Below, piece by piece: positions 1-11,774 of a stretch of 64,000 nucleotides of DNA. Source of the stretch: Utricularia gibba (lineage: Eukaryota; Plantae; Magnoliophyta). The notes beneath the pieces were generated by a model. That model saw only the letters and a list, made by a program, of their open reading frames with translations. It did no database searches and was not told where the DNA came from. Where the stretch lies: contig NEEC01000018.1 in NCBI GenBank assembly GCA_002189035.1, positions 1,550,001 through 1,614,000 on the forward strand, written 5' to 3'. A program made the translations under genes and the position numbers. How positions within the stretch are numbered: position 1 is the stretch's first letter; the number at the start of each line of letters is the position of its first letter.

Positions 1-157
1 TCATCAATTCATTTGATCCTTCCTCTCCATAATACACAAACACCTCAAACTCAGAAAGAATCCGAAGATGAAGAAACACATTTCTTGAGAAACATACTTG
101 CGCCTCAAAGAATGCATCCCATGGCAATAATAGGAAATTATCAGTGAATCATTTGTG

Positions 158-1318
158 CTAGTTGCTACTGTCTTCGTCTCTGCGCTCCAGTTTGCCACAG
201 ACATTGCATTCCATGACGACAGGAGAAGAGGCACTGGATGGAGGTAAAGGACACAACGTTCCCCCACAGTTATCCCTCTGGCACATGTATCTAATGAAGA
301 AATAAGCATGAGGAAAATCATCACTATTTCCCTCTTCAGTCCCCGTCTCCAGATCATCCCCCATATCATCATCATCATCATCATCATCATTATCGGCATC
401 CATTCCTTGGTCATCATCTTCTTCATTATCAGACCAATTAGCCTCAACCCTGCAACGATCACAATCGCATGTAAAGCAGTAATCATCCTTCAGTCTCTGT
501 TGCCTGTCCGAAAACTTGAGATTGACGGGGAAATAGCTCAGGCAAACTTCTCTGCCAGCAGGCAAATCATGGAGAACTCTTACAACAATTTCAGTGTTAC
601 TAAAATCTGCACCAGAGTCCACATAATCAAATCTACAAGCATTTGGTAGACAATCATGGTTGAAAAATGATGCCTTTGGATATATTCCGTACGCTCTAAC
701 ACTCCTTTCTTTCTCTTGATGAAAAGGTTCCATCAATCCAAATGCATTCACCTTGTCCTTGCTCAGTAGCGCGGCAGTAAGCTCAACAGAGAAGGCCCCG
801 TGATTTCCATTATTCGGAAAGGTGCAAACGGAAGAAATCAACGAATGCAAGAAAGCAGATGTTTCGTCGACAATGGGTTCACCTTGGAGCGAAAGAAGCG
901 TTTGAAACTGGACCGGTGACATCAACGCGAGATTATACGCAGACACGAGGAACCAAGATTGAACATGGCGATCAGGGTGGTGGTGGTGCAACGGGGAATC
1001 GGCACCTCGGAGGCGAGCCAAGGCTTGGCAGACAAATGGAGAGTGCGAGGACGACAAAGCTACAGATCGGCATCCCGGGGAGCAAAACAGCGAAGCCGTG
1101 GAGCAATGAGGGCAAGAAACCGCCTTCGAACAATGGGGCGGCACAATTCTGAAGCAGTGGGAGCAGTAATTGGCTCCGGTGGCGCCTCTCAGAGGCACAG
1201 CAGAGTAGAGTAGAAGTGGAGACTCCCTAAGAACTATTTCCCCGGCAGACAACGGCCGCGTACAGACCAAACCCCTCCCTCTGTTAGCCATCTCCACTAC
1301 CTTCAGCAATTCCCCCAT
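158..1318 (-). CDS. ASHR2: SET-domain histone-lysine N-methyltransferase, ASHR2/SMYD-like (single exon)
   Basis: First ATG at 1318 (MGELLKVVEMANRGRGLV). Contains the SET N-part GRGLV..L.AGE.VLRE.P, a Cys-rich CSHC..CPHC..FCS..C insert, the SET motif ASFFNHDCLPNA, post-SET CFTCDCDRC, an acidic tract and a C-terminal Cys cluster. Confidence 0.9.
   Translation of the reverse strand: MGELLKVVEMANRGRGLVCTRPLSAGEIVLRESPLLLYSAVPLRGATGANYCSHCFRIVPPHCSKAVSCPHCSTASLFCSPGCRSVALSSSHSPFVCQALARLRGADSPLHHHHPDRHVQSWFLVSAYNLALMSPVQFQTLLSLQGEPIVDETSAFLHSLISSVCTFPNNGNHGAFSVELTAALLSKDKVNAFGLMEPFHQEKERSVRAYGIYPKASFFNHDCLPNACRFDYVDSGADFSNTEIVVRVLHDLPAGREVCLSYFPVNLKFSDRQQRLKDDYCFTCDCDRCRVEANWSDNEEDDDQGMDADNDDDDDDDDMGDDLETGTEEGNSDDFPHAYFFIRYMCQRDNCGGTLCPLPPSSASSPVVMECNVCGKLERRDEDSSN
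365..391. repeat. (CAT)n microsatellite encoding the poly-Asp tract of ASHR2
   Basis: A run of atc/cat triplets is visible at ~365-391; it reads DDDDDDDD on the minus strand. Confidence 0.9.
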
Positions 1319-1510
1319 CTTCCTACGACGAAACCCACAAAACCGGAAACCCCAAAGCTGAAAAAAGATGAAGCGAGACACTCTCCCTAATCGGAGAAGA
1401 AAACACTGACGGCGGTCGCAAACTTTTCTTGGTTTTCCCTAACGCGATTTTCTTAGATTTTTTTAGTAATAAATGTTGGTGGGGGCTTTTCTGGCAACGT
1501 CGCCCTAAAA

Positions 1511-1518
1511 AAACCCTA
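1511..1518 (+). promoter_or_regulatory. telo-box (AAACCCTA) upstream of ASHR2
   Basis: Exact AAACCCTA about 190 bp upstream of the ATG. This is a motif match only. Confidence 0.4.
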
Positions 1519-2578
1519 GTGTCCAGATATTTATAATTTAATTAGAATTTACACACAATAATTCGCATTTCGAAAATATGGAGTTGCATGATGTAGTTAA
1601 TTTCCACACACATGGTGGGAACTGGGATATGATGGATCCCTGCACCACACACACTACACACCACACATTTCACCTAACATTCAGATTTTAATAATTATTC
1701 ATATTATTAAAATTAAGAATTTGATAGGTTAGATGAACTTACGTGAATCTTAAATATATAGAAAACATAAATTACATTTGAATAAAATAAACCTATTAGT
1801 GATATAAAACCTCTTATATATTCATTTCATTTTAAATTTATAATGTAAGATTATTTATTTTAATATATGCTCTTAGGTCAAACTTATCTTTGATCATTTG
1901 TTTTTTTAGTATGATTGTTAAATAGTATTCAAGTCATAAATCGATTTAATTTTATCACTTAAGTTCAATATATCTTATTATTTTATTTTTTTAATTGTAA
2001 CATCAATTAAGTCATAAACAAATCCCACAATACATATGTTTTAATATAATATTGAAATTAAGAATTCGATCTTAAACTAAAGTATATAACAAATATAAAT
2101 TATATGTAGATAATATTAAGTTTAATATAATTTCTTATATAATTGATCATTTTTTATTGTTTGTTTAAATGCGAGTGAGTTTCCATCGGATTCCCCGATT
2201 TCTTGGTGGGAGCCAGCGATGGCCTTTGACGACCTGAGAAGAAGAAAGAGGAAAAAAGGGGTTCCATGTTGTGTTGTGTGTGGGGGCGATGCAGTTTGTG
2301 GGAGCCGACCAACCCACGTCGCGAGTTGTTGTCTTCTTCGGCTTTTGAAATAATATCTCCGACCGACCGGACTCCCACCACCCTTTTCATATGTCTCTTA
2401 ACTTTGGATTTCACAGTCGCCCCAGCTACGCACTGCCGCCACTATCATAATCTCCACGTCCACTTCACATGCCCATCTCTTCTTTGTGTCACATATTCAA
2501 ACAGACAACATTGCTTCTGCTTTGGAAAATACATTCAACCATGTGTTTTTTTAATTAATTTATTTATTTTTTGTTCTA

Positions 2579-2899
2579 AGACTCTATTTGATATAATATT
2601 TAAAAAATCATCTTTTTGAAAAACGTTTCTCGAACAATCATTAAACTTTTGTGAATAAAAATCGTTTATATATGATAATAAAACTATTTTTAAAACGATT
2701 CTTTGACAAGTAAAAATTATTTCACATATAACTTGGTAGTAAATCAATTTTTCGAGAATTGATTTTGAAAAGTTAAAAGTTGAAGTTCTTAAGAAAATGA
2801 AAATTTTTTTTCATATTAAAATAAAAATTATTAATATTTTGCTAGAAAATTATTTTCAAAACACCTCGTTATAAATAAAAGTTGTTTCAAATAGAACCT
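2579..2899. mobile_element. probable Tourist-like (PIF/Harbinger) MITE
   Basis: Ends AGACTCTATTTGA ... TCAAATAGAACCT form an imperfect 13-bp TIR (11/13). Flanks CTA / TTA fit a degenerate 3-bp TWA TSD. AT-rich, non-coding, 321 bp. Confidence 0.5.
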
Positions 2900-3310
2900 T
2901 TATATATATATACATAATATTTTTGAAATCGTGATTATTCATACCATCCATATCATATTATTTCAAAGTTCATTTTCAAGTGGACATGATTAAATAAGGA
3001 GATCATTTTAATCTTGTATATGATATTTTTTCTCAGAAGAAAAAATCATATAATCATGAAAATCTAATATTCAAAAGGAAGTATATATATTAATTAAATT
3101 ATTTTCTAAACGTCATCAAAATCTAATATAATCAAATAATGGAACTTCATTATACCTTAAAAAAACATGAATTGCAAGTGGTGGTGTTTGAATCGTGATT
3201 GAATCGTTTTATTTTTTTTTCGAGGCGCATGGAGAGGGACCCTGGTGGTACTTTTGAGATTGCATTGGTAGCTAATTACTCAGTTGTTAGGGCAGATTAG
3301 TTAATGCATG

Positions 3311-3570
3311 GTGTCTATTGCTACTTTCTCAAAGAACATCATCAAAGTGTCTGGGGTGCAGCACATGCAATGTCTCGGCGAAGCTCATCCGACGGCTCCG
3401 ATCATCCGTGTACACCTTTCCCGATGGAGAACCCTACGATCGGCCCACCTGCTACTTTAATCCTGCCGGACCGATACAGTGCGCTCTCCCCCACCAGTGT
3501 TTCTCATGTGACCGACCATTAGCTAGCTGCTTGATCTGGCACTGTCTCCCTCTTCTTCCCGATATAAACA
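3311..3570 (+). promoter_or_regulatory. Aux/IAA proximal promoter with AuxRE motifs and TATA-like element
   Basis: TGTCTC at 3371-3376 and 3543-3548, TGTC cores near 3312 and 3347, and TATAAA at ~3563-3568, all upstream of the ATG at 3602. Confidence 0.65.
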
Positions 3571-3601
3571 CACCCCTCCTCCTCCATTCCCACACAGCAG
3601 A

Positions 3602-4346
3602 ATGCAGCTTGAAACCGAGCTAAGGTTGGGGCTCCCAGGCGACCGCCTGCAGCAGACCTCTAGTAAGCGTCTGCTTGCCGATGTGGGGTGGCCGCCGGTG
3701 CGATCGTTGAGACGGAAACACGAGTGTTGTAGGAGAATGTTGGTGAAAGTCAGCATGGATGGTGCCCCTTTTTTGAGGAAGATCTGCTTGGGGGATCATA
3801 AGGGCTATGATGATCTGGTTGTGGCGCTCGAGCATCTCTTTGGATGCTTTTTCACCATCGGTATGTGTCTGTAACTCTCCTTATTCACTCACAGACAACA
3901 TCATTGTATTAAAATCTTTGTTTCTGGTATATTATATCCTCAGGTAGGGCATTCAAGGAGGAGGACAGCTGCGAGCATGTTCCTATCTACGAGGACAAGG
4001 ATGGGGACTGGATGCTCCTTGGAGACGTCCCTTGGGGGTAAGTCCAAATCTGCTCTTCTTTCACCCCAATGTGCTGCAGTAAAAACCCACATTACATCTC
4101 AGATATCAACCCTGATCAGGGCTTTCACAGCAGCTGATTCTGATCACATAAGCACCGGATCTCGAACTTCAATACCCATTCAAGAAAGTAACCCTAAAGC
4201 TCCCTTCTTTATACAGGATGTTCATGGAATCATGCACGAGGCTACGGATCATGAGGAAATCGGAGGCGAAGTGCATTGGGATTCAAGGGAAAGGATTAGG
4301 GTTGGATTTGGTTCTTCCGTTGGAGGAATTTGGGGCATCCAATTGA
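3602..4346 (+). CDS. Aux/IAA auxin-responsive repressor; exons 3602-3860, 3944-4037, 4217-4346
   Basis: Domain [10 protein letters not shown], domain II degron VGWPPVRS, domain [18 protein letters not shown], domain [30 protein letters not shown]. The GT-AG introns join in frame. Confidence 0.95.
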
Positions 4347-4939
4347 AGATGATGTCGGAGGGGCATATTTGTCTTTTCACTATCGATTTTAAGCACTTTT
4401 TGTTATTTTTCTGGGTAATTATGATTAATAGACAAGGGATAAAATGGTGATTGGAGCCGAAGGAGCCTGTCCAATCATAAATTAAATAAATCCTTTTTTT
4501 GTATTTTTGATTGATAAATATAATTGATTATATTTTCCAACAAACATTTTTTTCTATTTATTTAATTAATTGATGCAATCGGAACCGGTATTCGGGTCGG
4601 GTTCGCGGGTTTGGGGTTCACCCCTACCATTTTGGAGGACGATGCAGTTCCACTGTGGAAGAAGCGTGCTGTGAACAGGTAGTAAAGGCACCGAATGATG
4701 TTACAGTGGGCGCTGCCAGTCGGATCTGATTCCATTTCCGCATCCAGAGATCAATTCTGTGGGGCGGTGGGATTACAGGGCTCAGATCTGAAGTCGGGCT
4801 GCGCTGCATTACTCCATCCACGGTTTCTTTTACGAGCCCTCGCGTATATAAAGGACGCGCCTTAGTGTACTTTCCTATTGCAAACCGAATCTTGTTTCTG
4901 TGGTAGGCCAAAGAGTGTGTGTTACATTGCTTGCCCGTG

Positions 4940-5683
4940 ATGTCCGCCGGAGAAGTTGAGAATGGGAATGCGAGGCCTTTCAGGGTTTTCATAGGGTATG
5001 ATCCACGGGAGGATCTTGCTTTCGAGGTCTGTCGCTATTCCATGGTTAAGAGATCTTCAATCCCACTTGAGATCTACCCGATTGTGCAATCTGAGTTGCG
5101 GCAGAAGGGGTTGTATTGGCGTGAGAGGGGGGAATTGGAGAGCACCGAGTTCTCCTTTTCCAGATTCTTGACGCCACATCTTGCTGGTTACGAGGGATGG
5201 GCTATGTTTGTGGACTGTGATTTCTTGTATGTGGATGATATCAAGAAGCTTGTTGATCTGATCGATGACAAGTATGCTGTAATGTGCGTGCATCATGACT
5301 ACGCGCCCAAGGAGACCACCAAAATGGATGGTGCAGTGCAAACTGTGTATCCCAGAAAGAACTGGTCTTCAATGGTGTTGTACAACTGTGGGCATCCAAA
5401 GAACAAGATTCTGAGTCCTCAAGTTGTGAACACTGAGACTGGAGCATTCCTGCACAGGTTCCAGTGGCTGGAGGATGACGAGATCGGATCAATTCCATTT
5501 GTTTGGAACTTCCTTGTTGGGCATAACAAGGTTGTGCAGGGAGATGATACCACGCTTCCAAAGGCCATACATTACACTCTAGGAGGGCCATGGTTCGAGC
5601 AATGGAAGAACGTGGAGTTTGGTGATCTCTGGGAGAATGAGTCTGAGGAGTATACCAAGTTCGCTTTGAAGAAGGATGAGTGA
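4940..5683 (+). CDS. CDI: protein CDI, putative nucleotide-diphospho-sugar (glycosyl)transferase, single exon
   Basis: RVFIGYDPRED, STEFSFSRFLTP, FVDCDF (DxD), YPRKNWSS, WNFLVG and HYTLGGPWF motifs. First true ATG is at 4940. Confidence 0.9.
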   Translation: MSAGEVENGNARPFRVFIGYDPREDLAFEVCRYSMVKRSSIPLEIYPIVQSELRQKGLYWRERGELESTEFSFSRFLTPHLAGYEGWAMFVDCDFLYVDDIKKLVDLIDDKYAVMCVHHDYAPKETTKMDGAVQTVYPRKNWSSMVLYNCGHPKNKILSPQVVNTETGAFLHRFQWLEDDEIGSIPFVWNFLVGHNKVVQGDDTTLPKAIHYTLGGPWFEQWKNVEFGDLWENESEEYTKFALKKDE

Positions 5684-5892
5684 TCTTGCATTACCCTGTT
5701 TCAGTATGATTAAGTTGGGCAAGTGAAGTATTTCCCCTGTTCTTCTGATTGCTTCTTCCTTTATGATCTGTGGCGATGCAGCATTGATGTTTGAATCAAA
5801 AAACCTTCCCTTGGTAGATCTTTCTTGTTCGTGTTCTACATATAGCTGTTTCATCCCAAAAACAAGAACAATGAACAACAACCATGGTAGAA

Positions 5893-6943
5893 TCACCTAG
5901 CATTCCCATTGCATTTTGCAGCGGATTTGGTGACCCTGTCATCGATCCAGGACCTCATATCACCTAGCACAAGATCAGCACTTTCATCGGGCTCGCCCTG
6001 CACTAAAGAGTGGTAGAATCCCTCGTAGAGTTTCAGGGTCTTGTCCTCACTTCTTGTGCCTGATTTCTCATACAGCATCTTGGATCCAGATGGGCAAGCT
6101 AACCCATCTGCAGTCCCGTGTGCAGTGAAGAATGGGATGCTCACTTTCTGGAAATTGCTCTGCACATAATCACATTGCCTTGAAATTTCCCTCATTGTTC
6201 CAACTCTTGGTCTCCCTGTGTACCTTCTTGGATTGCTCGCTATGATCTTCAGTTTCTCTGGGTCTCTAATGGCTTTCCCCACCATCTTGTTGTCCGGCAT
6301 TGACGCCCAAGTATCCGCTAGCCCGAATAGCAATCCGTACAGGAACAGATGCATCTTCAATTCAACACAAAATCGGAATCAGCACCCACCGGTAGGTAGT
6401 ACAGAGCAGTTTTTTTTGGATGGAGCTGATATTTACCTTGGAGGGTTTCATGGGTTCAGGAATCACGAACAGGGGCGCGGAGAAAATCAATCCCGTCCAC
6501 AGATCCTTCTCCGATTGGAAGTACATGAGCAGCGTCGCCAATCCGCCCATCGATTCGCCGGCCAGAAACGCTGGAAGATCCTTGTACTCTTCGGAGAGGC
6601 GCACAGATTTGAAGAAGCTGAGGGAAGCCGCAGCCACCTTGTTGAGATCGCCAAGGTAGCAGTGGATACCATCGGAGCGGCCGTGTCCGAGGAGATCTGC
6701 GGCGAAGACCGCGTATCCCCAATTCGCGAATCGGATGCAGAACTTTTGGAAAAGCCAGCCGGTATCGGACCCGTACCCATGGGTCATGAAGACGGTGGCC
6801 TTGATCGGCGTTGATGGGTCAAGTGGGAGGAAAGATTGGGTGAAGAGACGGCCGTGGGGACTCTGGAAGAAGCTTTGGGAATTGCGAACGCCATTGGAGA
6901 CGTAGTACTCCTCCTCAGGAGTATCGCCCCAGAAATACGCCAT
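5893..6943 (-). CDS. CSE: caffeoyl shikimate esterase / lysophospholipase 2; exons 6943-6437, 6354-5893
   Basis: FWGDTPEEEYY..GVRNS..F.SP.G.LFTQSFLP N-terminus, HGYGSD, GESMGG nucleophile elbow, HGTADG and YHSL.QGEP. One phase-0 intron (AAG|GTAAAT...GAAG|ATG). Confidence 0.93.
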
Positions 6944-7177
6944 GTGGGAATGCCGTAGTTGAACTGCACCAAATGCTTGCTTCAATTATATCAAGAACTG
7001 GGAAAATGATAAGGAAGAGAGTTGGTGTACCCACCACCAAAAACCAACCTTGGAGGTGGACCAAGAATTTTCAATTTTACACCACACCAACCACTGGTGT
7101 GTTTCATAGAGAAGTTTGACAAGGAAAAGCAAGAGTTTTAGCAGAGTAAGAGGCAACAGTAATGACCTCAGGATTCC

Positions 7178-9156
7178 CTAATCACTTCTGCTTAGAACTC
7201 TGGCAGCATCATTGGGTCTATTGGCTTTTTCGTAGATCCCTGCAACGACCTGGTGCAATTCCTTCATGTTAATATTGGGATCAAGTCGCAGCTTCTCCAG
7301 CAACGTCTCCACAGATCCGAAGTCCTGTACTGCGCCGTAAAGGCTCAGCATTTGAAAATGAACTTCGTCTGAGAAAAGGCATCCCTCATTCTGCAGCTCC
7401 TTGTACGCACTGTCCGCTTTGTCAAGCTGGTGCATCGTTCCATAAGCATTCAGCACGAGGGCGACTGTGTTGGAGTCCGGAAAGCAGCCCACCTCTCTCA
7501 TTCTATCGAAAACTTCGATCACATTTGCGTGCTTCCTGTATTTGGAGTAGAGATGGATCAAGCACTTGAATACAGATATGTCCCTGATCTCTCTGGAATG
7601 TATGGCTTGACGAAAAACCCAAGTAGCCTCCTCAATTCTACCTGCTCCAGCAAGAATTTGAATTGCTGTTTCCCTTGGAATATTATCTGGGAGCTTAAGC
7701 TCATGCAATAACCGTTTTGCGTGGCCAATCAAGCCGGCCTTCTCATATGCTGCAATCATAGTTTGATAAAGAATCTGATCTACCTTGATTCCGGATGCAC
7801 GGAGCTTTTGAAAAAGCATTGCTGCCCGATCCAGCTTCCCCACCTTACCCCAGATGGATATCATGGTGGAATAAGTAATGGAGTTCGGCTCAATGCTCTT
7901 CAGCTGCATCTCTTTGATGAGGTTGTTGGCTTTTTCATGCTCCAATGTCTTACCATAAATCATTATCATAGTGTTATAGGTCACCACATTCTGCTCAATA
8001 TCCTTTCTTTGCATCAATCTGAACAGATGTATCGCCTCACCGAACAGTTCGGCATCACCATAAACCCGCAGAAGGGTATTGTAGCTAACCACATTTGGTT
8101 CAATTCCCATCTTCCTCATACCCCAAAACAGCTTATCTGCTTCCTTCGCCATATCCAGCTGCCCATAAACATCTATCATTATGTTACATGTAGTTAAATC
8201 AACAGAACAGTTGACTTCTCTCATCTCCAGAAATACAGAGAAAGCCTCAGGAAATTTTTTATTCTCAGCATACATGGCCAAAAGTGTCGAATAGCTCACT
8301 GTATCTGGCATAACCCCCGCTGTTTTCATTTCTCCGACCAGTGACCTCGCTTCACGGAGAAGCTTAGCCTTGCCAAACACATTAATCATCGAGTTATAAG
8401 CAACAAGATCAGGAGTAATTCCAGACCTCTTGAGCCTAGAAAATATTGAAATGGCTTTGGTGTAGTCACAAAGTTTCCTAGACAACTCAATCAAATTACA
8501 ATACAAAACTAAGTCTCCCGGCACTCGATCCTCTTCCATCTTCTGAAGCCATGACAATGCATCATCAAAAAGACCCTCTTTTCCAAAATACGTAATCAGA
8601 GTAGAATACGTGTACCTGTCAGGAGAGATAGCTCTCTCACGCATTTCCTCAAACAGTCCGTGAGCAATCTCCCACTGTTTCGCCCTCAGCACATTCCGCA
8701 GCACCACATTGTAAGAAAACACGGAGGGAGTATACCGCGCTTCTTCGTTCATCCAATCGAGCAACGCAAGCGATCTCTGCCAGTCTTTCTCCCTTGACAG
8801 GAGAGAGACCATGAACCTCACAGAAAGACTACGGCATTTGTACGGTGATAGCAAAGTATACAGCTCCTGATCATCCGAAGTTTGTCCCATGGCGAGTAGG
8901 AGCTCGTCCATATCCATGCTCCGGTCGATGAAACCTGAAAAATTCTTCCGTCGGTGGATTGGACCCCCGCCGTGCCGGAAACCCCTGCCGCCTCAGGCAC
9001 CTTCCTCCGCCACACATCCTTCGTCGGCTTCGCGCAACAGAAGAATCCAAACTCAGCTCTACCTCTCTTCAGACATTCCGACGGTAACACAACGGCGGTG
9101 AACGTGAAGCGCAACTCCGGAGAGGCGGAGATGGAGTGAAGCGTGTGCAATCGCAT
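7178..9156 (-). CDS. PDM3: P-class PPR protein, chloroplast, At5g39980/PDM3-like; apparent 1-nt frameshift near 8960-8995
   Basis: 579-aa ORF of tandem PPR repeats (MDELL..., WQRSLALLDW, YTPSVFSYNVVLRNVLRAKQ). The transit-peptide-like N-terminus (ATG 9156, ..KDVWRRKVPE) lies in a different reading frame. Confidence 0.8.
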
Positions 9157-9466
9157 AGAAACGCAGGATAATTGGATGACGATTTCATTATTTTTATATT
9201 CCAAAAATAAATTCATATTTTTTGCATAATTTTAATTATTATTTTTATATTTTCCTCAAAATTTTGACTATTCTCCCAAAAATTTCCATTTTTATACCTA
9301 ATCCGAAATTCTAATTATTAAATCATATATAGTAATAAATATTTATTAGTTTTAATTTCAATTATTTAAATCATAATAAAAAACCCGGAAAATGAATATA
9401 TTCTCTGTACAGTGTAGACTCTCTCCCAGTTTAGCAGAAGTGATCACAACCAGAACTCAGCTGCTC

Positions 9467-11774
9467 TCATAAACACAGTTGGGAGTACTTGGTGTAGTCG
9501 ACTTCCTTCATCCTGATGCAGCATAACATACATTCCGGTAGCTCCTCCGCCTTGTTCCCCTGCTCGATCCGCCACGACGAACGTTATAATCGGAATATGT
9601 CATCGCAGAGTATGGAAAATGAACAAGGACTTTCACCTGAATAGTGAGGCCAAAGTCGAAAATGCAGTGCTTGATTCGATTGTGAAACGACTCTAAGCCT
9701 TTGCGTGCAATGTAGCTGAATCGATGGATATCGAGGTCGATCTCGAAATACTTCTCAGCCTGCAAGGATTGTGATGCTAAGGAACAGAAGTTATGGAGTT
9801 TTTGAATGATACTGAGAGAAGGGAGACATGTTTACGGTGTAGAACTCATGCTGGGGACGAGTGAGGACTGGCTTCTCATTGTAAGCTTGCAGAAGCTTCC
9901 TCTCAGCAGCGGTTAACTGGAGATCCTCAGAGTTGATGACTCGTGCTAGGATCTTCAATCTTTCCCTGAAGGGCAGGTTTGCATCCATGGGAAAGCTTTT
10001 GATCCTCTCGGTATCGTTGGCAACCATTTTCTGCTCAGAAAAACTGATAACTGTCGGAGCTGCGATGCGTTGGTTGAAGAGGGAAGAAATGCTTCCTCAC
10101 CTTGAAGTTTTCTTGGAAATGAAGTGGGAGATCTGGATAGTTTTCAGAGAGCTTGAAGTAAAAAACCATGCTCATTCCAGGTCCATCATACTCATTTTGG
10201 AAAAGAGCAGCAGGATAGAGGGGGATCTGACAGTGTAAAAGAACAAATGAATACTGCAGGTTTCTTATAAGAGCAGAAAGAGCATGTGGTCAACAAACAG
10301 ACCTGGAGGTTGATAACAAGAAGGGGAGGGAGTTCTCCATGCGAAGGAACTTGCGGAAGTTCGACGAATCGAGCAATGTGATTGATTTTGCAGGGAGATA
10401 AGAAAACATCAGCACCGATAGGGATGTAAGCAGAGCAGCTTGAAGCACATTCTTTCCGTTTATCTCTATCATATCAAAGTAGGAAGCTTAAGCATCATGG
10501 AGTGGAATATATGTGCAGTGTGTGAGCTATCTCACCTCACATAGTGCTGTCCACGGACTTTGAAGATGCTTGGTTCGACCCTTGACCAGCTTTCTGGGAT
10601 CTTCTTCTCCAATGGAGAGCACATAATTTGAGAGCCAGCAAAAGGTCTCTGTGTGATTCTCTTGGCTAATCCCCAGATCAAAGAAAGAAGAATGTTAATG
10701 CATGAAGAGTTTTAAAGCCATCTGTGTTTACCAGCTGATCAAGGAGGCCTTACATAAAGATGGATTCTCATGAATTTCATTCCCCTTGAATGAAACAGTA
10801 GGAAAGGATCGTTTCCTTGGGGTTGAAGCCCCTAAAACAGCTGATTTCCTCTTCGGTTCTATGCATTCTTCACAATCAAGACAAGACATCAAAGAATTGA
10901 ATCCACAGTTGGACAATGTGCCTCCCTCATCCTTCCAATGAGTTTTATCAGTAGTTCGAGCTAAGGTTTTGTCCCACAAGGATGGATTCTTGGGTTCAGT
11001 TTCTGGTTCATTGAAGCTAGGCAGTGAATCAATGCTGTTATTATTTACGAATCTTGGAGTGACTACATTCGACAGGGATCCAGTTTGTGATAAATCTGTG
11101 GATGATCAAGATTTGAAATGAGGTACTGCTAGCAGGTAAAAGGAACACAAAGATTCTCAAGTTCATGAGGAAACAAACCATCCCGCATGCTGTAGAATTC
11201 ATCATCGCCATCAGATTCAATAGCAGCATCAGGATCAAACCACGATTCAGCATTTCCTGATTAATCCATGGACTCAACAGCTTAAATACTACCTCAGAAT
11301 AAAAAAAAAGATGAATCAAACATATAAAATTGTAGCTAACAGCATATTGTTCGATGGAAAACAACTGAATATCACAACATCCATCTTTCCCAACGACAAC
11401 AAAGATGAATCAATAATAAATGGCCATCTGAGTTTCATGAGAAGCTTTCTTAGAACCCCATCTCACCAAAAAAAAAAAAAAAAGATTTTTTTGTTTACGC
11501 AGATTCCATTGCATCAGTGGTTTCTTCCCAGCATACATATCAAGCAAGAATGTAAAGTAGAACAAAAATTCCTCTTCATTTTTGATTTGGTCAAACCTTG
11601 AAACGCAGGATTTGTGTAGGAGGCATCCTTCCCGTTAGATGGCTCAACCCTGTGGACATTCCTCGAAGAATGAGCTTTCTTGACTCGTCTTCCTCTCCTC
11701 CGACCTCTCCTGGGTAATCTCGCCTTGCCTTGTACTCTCACAGTTCCGCTGGGCTTGGATCCACAGACACCCAT
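9467..11774 (-). CDS. DUF1336 / EDR2 C-terminal domain protein, multi-exon
   Basis: MGVCGSKP (possible N-myristoylation start), then [66 protein letters not shown] and the terminal exon [15 protein letters not shown]. The junctions I traced are in frame. Confidence 0.88.

Noticed and set aside
4-649. ORFs with poly-Met (4..486 -) and poly-Ile (308..649 +)
   Set aside because: They are alternative-frame and antisense readings of the (CAT)n repeat inside ASHR2.
7430-8197. + strand ORFs of 93 and 158 aa
   Set aside because: Antisense shadows of the PPR CDS with no recognisable motifs.
8935-9000. Possible intron repairing the PPR frameshift
   Set aside because: It is 66 nt (a multiple of 3) and keeps the wrong frame; other donors are weak and would delete conserved residues.
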